From contig CM082585.2 of NCBI GenBank assembly GCA_040954595.2, forward strand, positions 9,536,564 to 9,600,563: a stretch of 64,000 nt of DNA, read 5' to 3'. This stretch comes from Balanoglossus misakiensis. Taxonomy: Eukaryota; Animalia; Hemichordata. The notes beneath the pieces are model-generated. The model was not told the origin of the DNA. It saw nothing but the letters and a program-made list of their open reading frames with translations, and made no database searches. This document shows, one piece after another, positions 38,201 through 51,585 of the stretch (the first letter of the stretch is position 1; every line of letters begins with the position of its first letter). The translations under genes and the position numbers were made by a program.

Positions 38201-41200
38201 ATCATTCATTCATTCATTCATTGGATCATTCATTCATTCATTGGATCATTCATTGGATCATTCATTCATTGGATCATTCATTGGATCATTCATTCATTCA
38301 TTGGATCATTGGATCATTCATTCATTCATTCATTCAATCATTGGATCATTCATTCATTCATTCATTCATTGGATCATTCATTCATTCATTCATTCATTGG
38401 ATCATTCATTCATTCATTCATTGGATCATTCATTCATTCATTGGATCATTCATTCATTCATTCATTGGATCATTCATTCATTGGATCATTCATTCATTCA
38501 TTCATTGGATTATTCATTCATTGGATCATTCATTCATTCAATCATTCATTCATTGGATCATTCATTCATTCATTCATTCATTGGATCATTCATTCATTCA
38601 TTCATTGGATCATCCATTCATTCATTGGATCATTCATTGGATCATTCATTCATTCATTGGATCATTCATTCATTGGATCATTCATTGGATCATTCATTCA
38701 TTCATTCATTGGATCATTCATTCATTGGATCATTCATTGGATCATTCATTCATTCATTGGATCATTCATTCATTCATTCATTGGATCATTCATTCATTCA
38801 TTCATTCATTCATTGGATCATTCATTCATTCATTCATTCATTGGATCATTCATTCATTCATTGGATCATTCATTCATTCATTGGATCATTCATTCATTGG
38901 ATCATTCATTCATTGGATCATTCATTCATTGGATCATTCATTCATTGGATCATTCATTCATTCATTGGATCATTCATTCATTCATTCATTGGATCATTCA
39001 TTCATTGGATCATTCATTCATTCAATCATTCATTCATTCATTCATTGGATCATTCATTCATTCATTCAATCATTCATTGGATCATTCATTCATTCATTGG
39101 ATCATTCATTCATTGGATCATTCATTCATTCATTCAATCATTGGATCATTCATTCATTCATTCATTCATTGGATCATTCATTCATTCATTCATTCATTGG
39201 ATCATTCATTCATTCATTCATTGGATCATTCATTCATTCATTGGATCATTCATTCATTCATTCATTGGATCATTCATTCATTGGATCATTCATTCATTCA
39301 TTCATTGGATTATTCATTCATTGGATCATTCATTCATTCATTCATTGGATCATTCATTGGATCATTCATTCATTCATTCATTCATTCATTGGACCATTCA
39401 TTCATTCATTCATTCATTCATTCATTCATTCATTCATTCATTCATTCATTGGACCTTGGTACACATTTTACCTTCGTTTATTTGCCAGTGTGTCAGTTTC
39501 CGTGTCACTTTCATCAGTTGTGCAAGGGCTGGCTTCCACCGCATCATCTCTGACAATCTCAATCTGACGATTCAACTGCAACAGAATCGAAATAAATCCA
39601 CGATAAACTGAGCTGCAATTTGAAAATGACATCTATTGGCCTGATGACAATGCATTCCTTTAGATTCAAAGAAAATCATTCAGTTAAATCTCACCTTTGG
39701 GGCACTTTTTGCTTTCCTTAGTTTTTGTTTTCTGAACTCGGCTTCAGACGGAGACGGCGGAGGCGTGGGTTTCGACGATGAAGTACTGCCGAGGGAGGTC
39801 AGTGACATGGATAGGTTCTGCATCTTGATGGCTGGTACGGCCGGCTGCACCGCTTGCACAGGCCTCTCCAGTTTCACAGAGAGTTTCTTCAGGCTCATTC
39901 TCCTCTTCTCAAACATCTGTTTGACGTCGTCCACTCTCTGCAAGACATGCTGCACATTCGTCTGCAACAAATCGATAAAACTTTAAATATGGTGGGTTTT
40001 TTTTTGCTCTCATATACATGTACCCATCAATGGCATCACACTTTCCCAACGAACTACCCTTAATCCGATGGGCTAAATAGTCAAGACCTGAAATTTTATA
40101 CGCATTCTGAGTGCTTTGTCTATTTCATTCCTTCTACACTTTAATCTATTATAATCTATGCATGCATTATTTATCTTGCACATTATTTTTTTACACACAG
40201 TATGAGAACCTAAGACAAATGTTTCCGACACTTTGCCACAAATGCAGGAGTTTCAAGTTCTACAAGAATAATTTTTATTTTCTCAACGGTTTAGATGATA
40301 CCGTCCTCGTCAGTAATGACACTAACATCACTTATTACGTTAATTATGCAAAGTGGCAGAAACATGTCTGTATTTTCCTGACATGATGCAGCAGCAGATG
40401 AAAGATGGAAGCAAATGACAAAGAAAATTATCTACTAGTATTCAAGGAAGTTAGGGGGTTGATATAGTTTAAAGGTACTGTTCTGGCAAGTTAGGGGTTA
40501 ACAATCAGCAAGACCTTGTTTTCACCAAAGAGAAACCCCCTAGCTACCTTTAAAATAATACTGAGTCGGTCTGTATGGAAGAATAAGATTACGAGAGGGA
40601 GCGTAAAGAGAGACAGACGACACGGCACTGCAAATGATTGACATGTCAGTATGTGAAAGAACAAACCTTGTACAAATCTTCCTATAGAGGGCGTAGTTCA
40701 TGTAAAGAGAGAAATAGAGTGAAATGTATGGTCTTTAAAGCCTGAATGAATGGTGCTAAATGGCTGAGACCATTTGTCCGACCAGTAAGATCGTCAAATG
40801 ATGTATATAAATGACCAAAAAAAACACATAATGCCCTTCAATTTGGCAACGTTATCACAACAATTGATAGCAATGATGCTGATCATTCCTACTGTGTGTG
40901 ATGACTTAACTTTTTCTTCATTTCAATCAACTCGACTTTCAATTTCAAACTTGTCAAATTGAAAGGCATTTCATGGTATATATAATTGAAAACAATGACT
41001 GCCACAGAAGATGTATGCCGCAATGGAAAAATAAAGCTAGTGTACTGACACAGCCTATCACACATAAAACAAAGACACTTCTTGTGTTATTTTACAGCAA
41101 ATCTAAATATGACCATATGAGTGAGAAAGGTGCAAAAAAATATTAAAATACTGTGCGCAATTCTGTTTCATTGACAAACTCAACACAAAGGGTCATCAGA

Positions 41201-44200
41201 TAGATTACGAGTCCGAACCAAAATTACTTCCTTTCATGGGTAGTTGTTATATTTCAGTGTAATACGATAACCCTTTGTTTTGATTTAAGTTGTCTCCTAC
41301 ACTTTTTTTAGCAAGGAAAAAAAAATGTTTTTTCTTCATCCAGCCAATCCTTACCTTGGCTTCAACTGTTAAAATTGGGTCAAATATTGCACGAAATTCC
41401 TTGGGATCATGGAGGTTGATCTCATCAGAAGTCTTGATGAAGTCGTCAATTTCCCGGAGGGCACCTTCAGCCCCCTCGGGAGTCTGGCACTTGTCCATGG
41501 ACTGAGTGGCCAGGATGTCCACACCTCTGCCACACCATTTGTTGGCCTGATGGAGCGAATGAGTGGAAAGATGTGTGAAGAGGAAAGATTGCAAAAGGAC
41601 TGTTCTGTAGAAATGAAATTAAACGTAACAGGCCACTGTGTGAAGTTTATGATATACTGTATACAAGTCTGTTGTAGGCCTATGATTTTCATAATACAAG
41701 CAGTATTGATGAGTTGATATTTGAACTTTTTAAAAGCCACATATGACCCATCATAGAACAATCTGCACACACCAACCATGGCACGTTCCCTCTACAACCC
41801 ATGGTCAATTCCTCCTACCTTGTCTATCCTCTGTTGCAGTTCAAGTGAGATTTCCAACGCTTTCCCTCTTTTCTCCAATTTTTCTTGGAGTTCACTGTGT
41901 ACGGCCGTCAACTCGTGACACTTGGGTTCAATGCACTCTACGGCGTAGTGTTTGTTGCTGACCATCTGTTCACCGCTGCATCGCATCTTTTCGCTTCTTT
42001 CCAGGTACAGCTGTGTGGGAACGAAAACAGAAGAGTACATTTGTTTTATTTTCCGGGAGTTCTTTTTGTGCGTTTGAAATTTAGTCTTGACTGGAAAGAA
42101 AACAAAATAAATGTAAGTTGTAACCTGAAACGGGTGCAGACCTGCGCAAACAAGATCACACTCGAAATGACCACAGAAATTTGTATATTGCATTTTTTCA
42201 ATGTTTAAGATTGCATCACTTACCCTGGCCTTTTCATTCAGTTCCTTGTATTCCCTGATCAACATTTCCACCCTGGCAACTGAGTCGCCCAGCTCTGTCA
42301 TTGCACTCAGGTTTTCCAGATATGTGTCTAGTTCACTTTTCACCTAATAATAAAGAGAAGCACACAACGTAAAACACATTTTTCAAAATTAACAACTGAG
42401 ATATGAAATATTAGAATAGCATGCATGAAATCACTCTAGATTATTTCAGACTCTGTTACCTCTTTAAACTCTTGTTCGAATTCCCTCAGCTGAAGACACT
42501 GTTTCAGCTTGGACTCGTGGTCAGACCAGAACACATCAAATGCTTTGTCTGTTTCTTCTAATTGAAGTAATAACCTGCAAATAAAGTAAACAAACGATCA
42601 GATTTGAGAAGAATCAAGCCCCTCACCACTATGGTCCTGTTTTCTATGGTAAGGATGGGTGAAAGGGTTATAGATATCTTCCGCTTACCTCTGTATTGCA
42701 CATGAATTTGAAAACCTATGCATAGGCGTGTTCTGGTCGTTGCAGTTCTCATTGGTCGATTTACGGATGCAGTTCAGCAGAGTACCCCCTAGCTGCAGGG
42801 CGCTGTGCAAATCCTCCTTCAGCTCGTAGCGCTGCTTGCGATGCTCAGTCAGCAGAACGCCCGTGCTGTGGACGTCGGCGGGCAGCTCACTCGCCATGAA
42901 GTGTCCACCAAGCGATTTCAAGTTGTTGCTGATGTCATCGCAGTTGTCGGAGAACTTCTCAATCGCCTGGAAATAAACGGAAACGTGTCAAGTGTACTGG
43001 ATCAGTCTTTACACGATGCCTGTATAACAGCGTTTCATCTGGAGGGGACAACATATTGCATCCTCAACCCTTTCACTGCCACTGTTTGGTCCAAACCCAT
43101 TGTTTTCTAGGCAAAGTTGGGTCTATATATTGACAAAATGGGGGTGAAAGGGTTATATTACATAGAACTCCACTCACCACTCGCATTTCTACCCATTCTC
43201 GGTGATTGTACGGCAGGTTGCCCTCCAACTCGGCCGTCAACTTGGACTTGTGAATGTGATCGTGTAGCTCCTTGAGAGACTCCAACATAAAGACCTGTTG
43301 CAAGAGATGTGAGATCAATCAGTCGAACGCAATATTCATGTGTCAAAGCATGGAAATACGATTCCTGACTCCTCTGGCGTGAATTAAAACAGCTGTGAAG
43401 AACGAACACAACTCACGGTCAAGGTTAATGCATTAGGAGTGTCGGTATTTGAATTGTAGGAAACCAATCTATTTCATGAATTTCACACATAGATAAATCC
43501 CTACACACAGACCTTACACTGCATACTCTCATTGATATTAAAGTGTGGCACAAACAATGTATCAGCTGTCTACAATGTATGTGGTCAAATGGTCAAAATG
43601 AGGTGACTGAATAATTTATCTGTCTTTATGCATGCCTCATAACTGACAATATGTCACTGGGGACAGTGGACCATATGTAGTCAGAAAAATTGACTAAAAT
43701 AGACCTCTCTGGCCAGTGTGTTGACCTCTTGTTTTTAATAATATTGACTTTTGACAAGCAAGGGTGCTATAAAATATATCTAACATCACACACAGAAATC
43801 TGGCACATACATGCAAACAGGCATGTGTGCTAATCTGCAGTAGAGAATTACCATATATAGTACCATACGATTACTTACTTTGAATTTGAATTCATCTTTG
43901 TAAAATTTAAAACCGACATCTGTAAATGTTCTCTGCAAGAATCCGCTGGGTCTAAGTACAAACACTTCTCTTATCGTACCAGGAAAATAACCCTGGAAAC
44001 AAAAAGAACAAATATCAAGACATGAGTTTGCTTGATGAGTTTGCTTGCTAGATCTGAAAACATTATTCACCAGTACAAACTTTGATTTCCTCTCACTGTT
44101 TTGAAAATATTGAAATCATTTTCATCTGCTAAAGCTTGTTGAATACTCACTGCGATTTTCCCAAGAGCATTTTTGATAGAGCTCCATTTGTCTTCACGTC

Positions 44201-46314
44201 TGTCTATGATGATCACGAATCCTAGGTCGACTTCTTGTAAACTGACCAAGAATAAACGTGAACATAAGGGTCAATGATCAGAAAAACCATAACTATGATC
44301 TGATAATTTTGATTCCAACAATCTCAAACTTGAATTCAGCAATTACAGTACATGTACGACCAAAACAGACAGGAAAATTTCCTGATTGATGAAAAAAGTC
44401 AAGAACAGTAAAAATGAACAGCCACTGAACACAACTGTTACCATGGAAAACAATGTGACCCAACAAAGGTGACAAATGTGTAGGGTAGATCTCATTGGCT
44501 GATTGGTGCAAATGTGTGATACATGCTTCATATGCAACCAGTCAGTACCTGTGTTGCGAACAATTTTCAAAGACCATTCTATAAGAATCATTCTGATTGG
44601 CCCGCTGACTTCTCATCGTCAAATAATGCCACAGCAGCAGCCAATGAGATTTCTTCACACACAACAGTACAAGTACAGACTAACAACACCGACATACTCG
44701 TATGAAACACTCAACACAGAGATATGGGTGCAACCCCAAATGGAAAACTCTGCTTACTTGTTGGGGTCACTTTTAGAAACGCTGCTTCACGTGAACGAAA
44801 ACAGTGAAAGTGAACTTTCATTAAAAATGTTCATTATTGTATGTTAGTACAATCTGAAAGTTCGATAGGTCAATTCAATTTTGAATCACTATCCTAACAT
44901 TTAAAATATCTCTATGATTTTTATTCAACCTAATCCTACAATTGACTTCTTTGCTTCTTATAGCCTAATCTGTACTTTGGAACAGAAAATGAAAATGAAT
45001 ATCATCACTCACAACAGAAATGAAATGCCACAAACTCCATGGTAACACAGGATGATGTTTCATGATATATGATATGATGGTCAACAGAATGTTGGGTACA
45101 GACATTATGTTACAAGGAAGTGAAGGTGACCACAAATGACAATGTATGTGGCAATTAATTCTGCTGTCCAATCAGATTAGTCCTTCATAAATCTAGCAAA
45201 GCTCAAAGGCTTTGCTGACAAACAGATATGACACAGAAAAGGTTATACAAAATAAGTGTTGATGCTGTCAATTATAAACGCATGACATTACTCTTAGTTG
45301 TTAGGTGCAAGATATATGCATTATATTTGGAAGAATGCTAATACCTGGGTACTGTGGTCAAATATGTCATCAACCGTAAGAAATCCTTATCTGATATTGT
45401 GTTGAACACTGGACAATCTGGAAGAGTGACGATAGGGAAACCTTCTTCTGTACATGAACCTAAATGAAGAAATTGAAAACAAAAATTAACTTCCCCTTCT
45501 ATGGATATGTGATGAAATCATACTCACATCAGTCGTATTTACCAATGAAAGTAGGGGGTGAAAGGTTCATATTGAAATGTGAACTCCACACTAACTGTCA
45601 AAGGCAAAAAACCTTGTATGGTATTATCATGAGAGCCACTGATCTCGAGGGAAGACATCTTTTTTTAATGCAAGAGTCATGTACAGACAGACATAATTAT
45701 CCATATGAAAATAATGACTGAACGCATTCTGCATGGTGGAGTACTTGTCCAGCCGTGTGCAGGTGAATGGTGCCCAGTACAGAATATATAATGATTTACT
45801 GATTTTTCTTATTATTTTGCTGACTTTTAAGGTCATCTCAAACTGTTGTCTTTATTCACCATGGCCAAGATATTTGCACCTGCTTTTTATCACACTTTCA
45901 TAATGAACAGATGCAAATTAATTTGATAATTTATAGCATGCATTTTAGAAATACATTAACTAGAAAGCAGAGGGAAAAAAACATGATAATTAAAAACAGC
46001 AATAATCGGTAAACTGACCCTTGTACATTGATAAGCAGCTGCTATCTAAAAAAAGCATGGTATTAAACATTTTATTTTGCAAATGGCAGCTACAATTTGA
46101 TAATAAGCAGAGCAGATGTAAACAGACATGTCTCTCAAGGACAACATATACCAAACAAATTCGAGAGAAAAAAATTAGACTTTCGATGAGGAAAAATATT
46201 CTTGCAGAAAGTATTATTTGCACATACCTGCAACATAAGCAACTCTGGCTTGCAGTAACTCAGCGACATCTAGTATTTTTATCTCATCTTCATTCTTGGC
46301 CATTATCAACCCAT
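32299..46314 (-). CDS. MCF2L: DBS/MCF2L-family Rho guanine nucleotide exchange factor (Sec14/CRAL-TRIO, spectrin repeats, DH, PH, SH3), more than 20 exons; first coding exon(s) lie further upstream
   Basis: Sec14 exons [43 protein letters not shown] and [21 protein letters not shown] exons [15 protein letters not shown] and [25 protein letters not shown] exon [17 protein letters not shown]3 exon [13 protein letters not shown]...GWW...GWVPASYL. Confidence 0.93.
35453..39454. repeat. About 4.0-kb tetranucleotide satellite of CATT units interspersed with GGAT units
   Basis: Visible directly. Rare variants (CAAT, GGGT, TATT, CGAT, GGAC) keep the 4-nt register. It fills GEF intron 35430-39471. 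Confidence 0.99.
42619..42667. mobile_element. Internally deleted copy of the piggyBac-like MITE
   Basis: cccctcacc...tgttttctatggtaagg...gggtgaaagggtta. Confidence 0.6.
43068..43152. mobile_element. 85-bp copy of the piggyBac-like MITE
   Basis: tcaa|ccctttcac...tttggtccaaacccattgttttcta...ggggtgaaaggg|ttat; same length and core as 25763-25847. Confidence 0.75.
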
Positions 46315-47783
46315 CTGAAAGATGTACGAAAGAAGGTCATGGGTAAGTCAAAAGTTCAATGTCACACTGTGCTCTCAAGCATTCACTTCACTGCATCCAG
46401 GAAGGAGTTGACTGCAAATATAGACGTGTTGTCAGCACTGACGGGAATTTGTTCCCCATACACGCAATCGAAATGAACTATTGCACTCTCAGATTCCGAA
46501 CCTGATAGCAGTATATAGGCAGCAATGTAACTGTATCTATAAGTATATTACACAAAACAGATAAAGTTTACAATGAAATAGGCAAAACAGGTATTTCAAA
46601 TGAGTTGCATCTTGGGAGCTGACATTATCAATGTTTTGGCAGACGATACAGTAAACAGCAAACCAGATCATACGATTGATTGATTTCCAATCAATAGATC
46701 AATACGATACACAAGCAGATATGATGCTGAGCACAGAATTTTTTTCACAACAAAAACCTTACATGGTTGTCCGAGTATTAACCCGCCTCAGTTGAAAACC
46801 TGTGATTTGCTAGTATTAAAATGCAAGATCTTCTTCGTACAGGGCAGATGGGGTCCCGACAGCGAAATAGACGCCTAGTGTCATCAACACCCAACAGACG
46901 CAGTATGAGTAAATAGCGCTGCTTGCTTGACCAATACAAAGTCCAAATAGGTGATGACTATGCCAATTATAGGCCTGAATAATGACAGACCGACTCATGT
47001 GATTGAAACTTATCAGAAAAGGGAAGAATGACAGAAACTGTACTAAATTTAACAGCCTCTCACTGGTTTTGTTGTCATACTCATTTCCTTTCACTGGTAT
47101 ACTTTCGAAAACATTTTTAGGGATGACATTACGAGTAAATATCTATATACAAATGTATTGTGTGATGTTCCTTGGCACTGTTACATTATTTCCGGGAAAA
47201 GACAACAACTTCCATACATGGCTTGAAGAATTTTACTGTTGAGTGAGAGGGATGATTTTTATAAAATACAAAAAGCCAAAAGTTACAGCTAACAGACCAA
47301 TGATACCGAACATGAAGACTTAAGTTGCGAAAAATGGAGCAAATCTCACCTGTGACACACAACTGTAGAATATTTGAGTTTAACTGTGTGTTTATAAACA
47401 GGTACAATATCTGAATCTTTGCATAAGCTACAGATTGCGATCAACGCAAGGTTACTGATATTACATTAGGTCGGCTGACACACTGACTATTCAATGGTCA
47501 TAAAATTACACAATGGTCATTGTCAGGTGCCGGTGGATGGAAAATGAAATCACAAAACGAGAAGCGGTCATGATTTCTGGGAATTTCTGAGGAAACACCG
47601 TTCAGACGGTGGACATATAAAGAGAACGGGACTTTCCAAAAAAGTTATTGTGGCAGGTGACTGAATAAAGTCCGCAAGGTTATTTAGTATTACCACATGT
47701 TAACAGATACAATTGTAGTCCGCTTAGAAAACATATCTTGGTGTAGACATTAATCACAATCCAAACTCAGACACTAGAATTAC

Positions 47784-47808
47784 CTGGAAAGACGAGAATG
47801 ACAGACAT
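47784..47808 (-). CDS. Candidate alternative first coding exon of the GEF (MSVILVFP)
   Basis: ATG-initiated, ends CAG|gtaatt in phase 1, in frame with the exon starting at 46314. Confidence 0.4.
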
Positions 47809-50800
47809 TTTTAGCGATTCACCCACAGTCACAGCATGGTTCCAAAGAAGCCCTTGAGGGGGGTTAGAGCACTAAGAGCCGACATAGCAGGGACAACAAG
47901 AGGTAAAGTTGCACTGACCGGATTAAAAGTCTCAAATAATTACACAAAACAAGCAAGGTAAAAGCCAGGAAGGCCATCTCTACTGTTCCACAGACATGAC
48001 CTGTGTTAAGGTCACATTGGTGTGTTTCCTGTACTTATACACGACTCGGGTAATTCAAGCCAGGATTTCACTAATGTCAAATCTTTTGTACTGTTTCTAC
48101 AGACAATTGTCCGGACAAGTGTCCGCTGGATAAAACAGCCCACACCTTTTATTCGTTCTTTCTGTTGGCAACTTTGTCATTCGGTATCCGCTATATGACT
48201 AACTACAAACATCCTGTGAAATTTTTTCGCACCTTTAAAAATCCTTTTCTGTGCTAATATTCATTAAAACCTATAAAAATGTAAATCAACATGTATTTTC
48301 AAAATGTGACCTATTTAACTCAAAATGTCATGGCAACCATGTTTTTTTCTATGCAAAATTGTAATTTTTTTTTTATAAAAATGACAACCCCGCCTGAAAA
48401 TACAATCAACTCTTCAGAATGCATCTGCTATTCAATAGCTATTTTTTCGCACCACGTGGCGGATTTGGCCTGAATTCGCCTTTCATGATCCTTCAAAGTG
48501 CAGATTGCCAATAGACGGCGAAATAACCCACGACAGCTTCACTAATACCTCAAATGAAAATCCCTAAGCACCATTTTGCTGATTTGTGTCTGGGTCACTG
48601 ATTACTTTCAATTGGGTCAGCCCAATAACGAATACTTTGTATACACAGTGAATATCTGGATTAAAAACAGAAATTCCGCTTCATGCATGTACAAATTATG
48701 CCCAGTATAAATGGTTGTTATTTCTCGTTCCGTCATATGTGGCGTAACTATGGTGACTGTGAGTGAAATGGTTTTGGAATGATTCATACAAAATAAATTG
48801 TCAGTGTGAGTGTACAATATCACAAAGAAGTGAAAAAGAGATAAAATATCTCCACACACAACACAATGCAATATTTTCGCAACAAACATGATCATTTTTG
48901 GCCTACCTTATCAGACAAACGTTTTGACAGAATATTGATTTTTTAATCGTAATAGAATGGAATATAGATTAATAAACAATTGCACGGGCAATTAGCAAAT
49001 GCATGAAATAATTTGTACTGTGAAGTATGGATTTATTTTGTCTGGTAGTTGTGAGATCAGGTAACTGAAAATAAACAGAATTTTTTTTGTATAAAAAATG
49101 ACAGCACAGGAAATTGAATATTTGATAGTGCACAGTGATATCTCCCATGCCCCAGTGGATGGTGACATATTTCAACGTGTATTGTTCATTATGTTAGATA
49201 TTTTCATGCAAAAATATTTCTGCACATCTGACGATATTAATTTCAATTTAACCTCTATAGCAGAAGTTCAATGCTCTTCTTTTATCACTACAATGAACCC
49301 CATTCATTATCCTTAAAGTCGACAATTTAATTTATGCACCATAATTCATCGTATGCATTCATACGATGGAAAGTCTAGCCTTCAATTTAGCGTTCAACAT
49401 CTCGCAAACGACATTTATCTGTAAAATTTCAGTCCACACTTTCATGATTTTTGTGATTTTCACTTCATATGATACACTTTCAAATTGTAACAGATAAGTG
49501 ACATGTTTGGACAACACTCTATCTTCACAATAATTAACATCCAACAATGACCTTTTATAAAAATAAATATTCAAAGCCAGTTTGCTTTGTCACAGATTTT
49601 ATGAACATTGTCAATCATACAAAAAAAAAATATAGTATCAAGTATTATTACACTACACAGAAAATTAACATTTGAAGTATATTCTAAATAGATTTTTCTT
49701 GAAATTTTCACTTCTGAAATTAAACGGTTGTTTTTGATCAGTATTTTTTTTTAGAATAAATTATTTTGTACATAAACTAGTGCATGGGGGATTAAGTCAA
49801 GAATGAACATGTGTTCTGCCTACTCGTAAATACACACAACCACCTCCATATTTTCAAAGCACTAAATATAGTCTGCCAGTGAGTCGGTATTGATTTCCAC
49901 GATATCAATATTCCAGACACTCGTTCCAATAATAGTAATAATATGCCATTCAACCTCCCGACTGCAATCTCAGAAGTCACATGACCTACCTTCAGCCAAC
50001 AAATTGCAACTTCAGGTGTGCAAAACGCTAGATTTGCTGCGACTGAAATCCGGACTGCAAGGTAAGCTCCGATACAAAAATATGTGCCATGAATTGATAC
50101 AGTATGTAGTGTCAGTCACGGACAGACCTGACGTGACTCATCTGAGCATGCTCAGTGGGGTTCGCCTTCCAGGCCAATATATATCTGCCTCACGTTCAGA
50201 AAGCCTTGTTCAGTTGTACACAATAACATTACATGTCATTGAAAATCTCAATTTGATGGAGGTTGAAATCATTCACTGCCTTTCGTGTCAAGTGCTGAGC
50301 TAATAACTGCACTGTGCACTTTTCAACGTCTTTTAAAGCCTTTCTTCATTAATTATCGTAAGTCTGGCAAACCTAATTAAAGAAAACGCTCATGACGTTA
50401 ATCGCAATTAGTTTCACTTTCCAATTTGCATGAAAGTGCATCACAAATGTTAGTTATTTTCCCCAAAATCTCTGAATCATTATCCTACAGTGTGACCTCA
50501 ATACTACTGTTACCATAGTTTCTGTGCAAATCATTTTTCGTATGCACACTGAAAATCAGCATTTTACCTGAATTACGACACAAAATACTGTGTGAATATA
50601 TGACATGTTAGAGAGAAGAAAAACCAACAAAGCCTCATTAAATGGGTATAACAATTTCAATGGATCACTTTACTCCAATTTTCTCTGTGTCCGCTAGTGA
50701 GAACTTAATTTCCGAAAGCTTTTTTGAAAAACATATTGCCAATTCTGCAATCTGCACTCAACCTGACCTCCCCTGTGATTAATGAGATGAGCCACGTACT

Positions 50801-51585
50801 CAATACAGGCAGCCACAGTTCATAGTCACAGTAATACATTTTGTTGCCATACATTACTTGCCTGTGGATATAACACTATTATGTTTAACCAGAGGTAGTA
50901 GCAAATCAAGACTTCGACACAGCTGTGATTGATCGCCTAATTTTCCGCTGCAGTGACTCATCACAGAACTAATCTCATTTGCAAATACAAAATAGCTGCA
51001 ATTAGGTGTGCTGGATGTCATAATTGACCCAAAAAATGCACACTCTTGAACAAGATGGCATATTAATCAAATATTACTTGAACGGGATGCAAAATTTGGA
51101 AATATGGATTTGTATATATATGCAAGGATTTCTTTTCTTTCAATATTTGATATGGGGAATGCTGTATCTTGCAAGCACTGTGTATCAGCTGGGACCACAA
51201 ACAATGCACAGTCTATAATCATATCAGTATACAGATGTAAAAAGTCACATGGATGAATGGAAGGACAAAATTGCCTGGGTGGGACAAAATAACACAAGTT
51301 TCTAGAAAACATTTTAAGCATATGTTTTATTGGGAACAAAGAGTGATGATCAGCTGACCACAAGGCTTCAACAAGCCTGCTAAAAACTCTAACACAAATC
51401 GTATGAGTTTGCACGCTGCTTTTGTAAACATCACACTTGTTCACTTCATTCTGACTATATATTGAGGATTATTTCATGTAATATGTACAGATGTAGGGCC
51501 GATGCAGATAACTTTAAGGAAAAACATAAAAGCTGACATAACATTTGATAGAATAATTTAATCTGCAAGTACGGTGGCCTGCAGC

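Noticed and set aside
35453-39454. CRISPR-like or information-coding reading of the array
   Set aside because: There are no unique spacers, the context is eukaryotic, and slippage plus block duplication explains the pattern.
35426-39611. Three overlapping ORFs of about 1370 aa rich in His, Ser, Phe and Ile
   Set aside because: They arise because CATT/GGAT tetramers contain no plus-strand stop codons. All three frames are open, they are antisense to a GEF intron, and nothing else suggests coding.
40449-40500. Two AGTTAGGGG words resembling telomeric repeats
   Set aside because: Only two isolated copies, so not an interstitial telomere array.
49990-50054. Exon-like segment with good splice sites on the minus strand
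   Set aside because: Its only open frame exits in phase 0, which is incompatible with the phase-1 GEF exon, and it shows no recognisable homology. It could still be non-coding.
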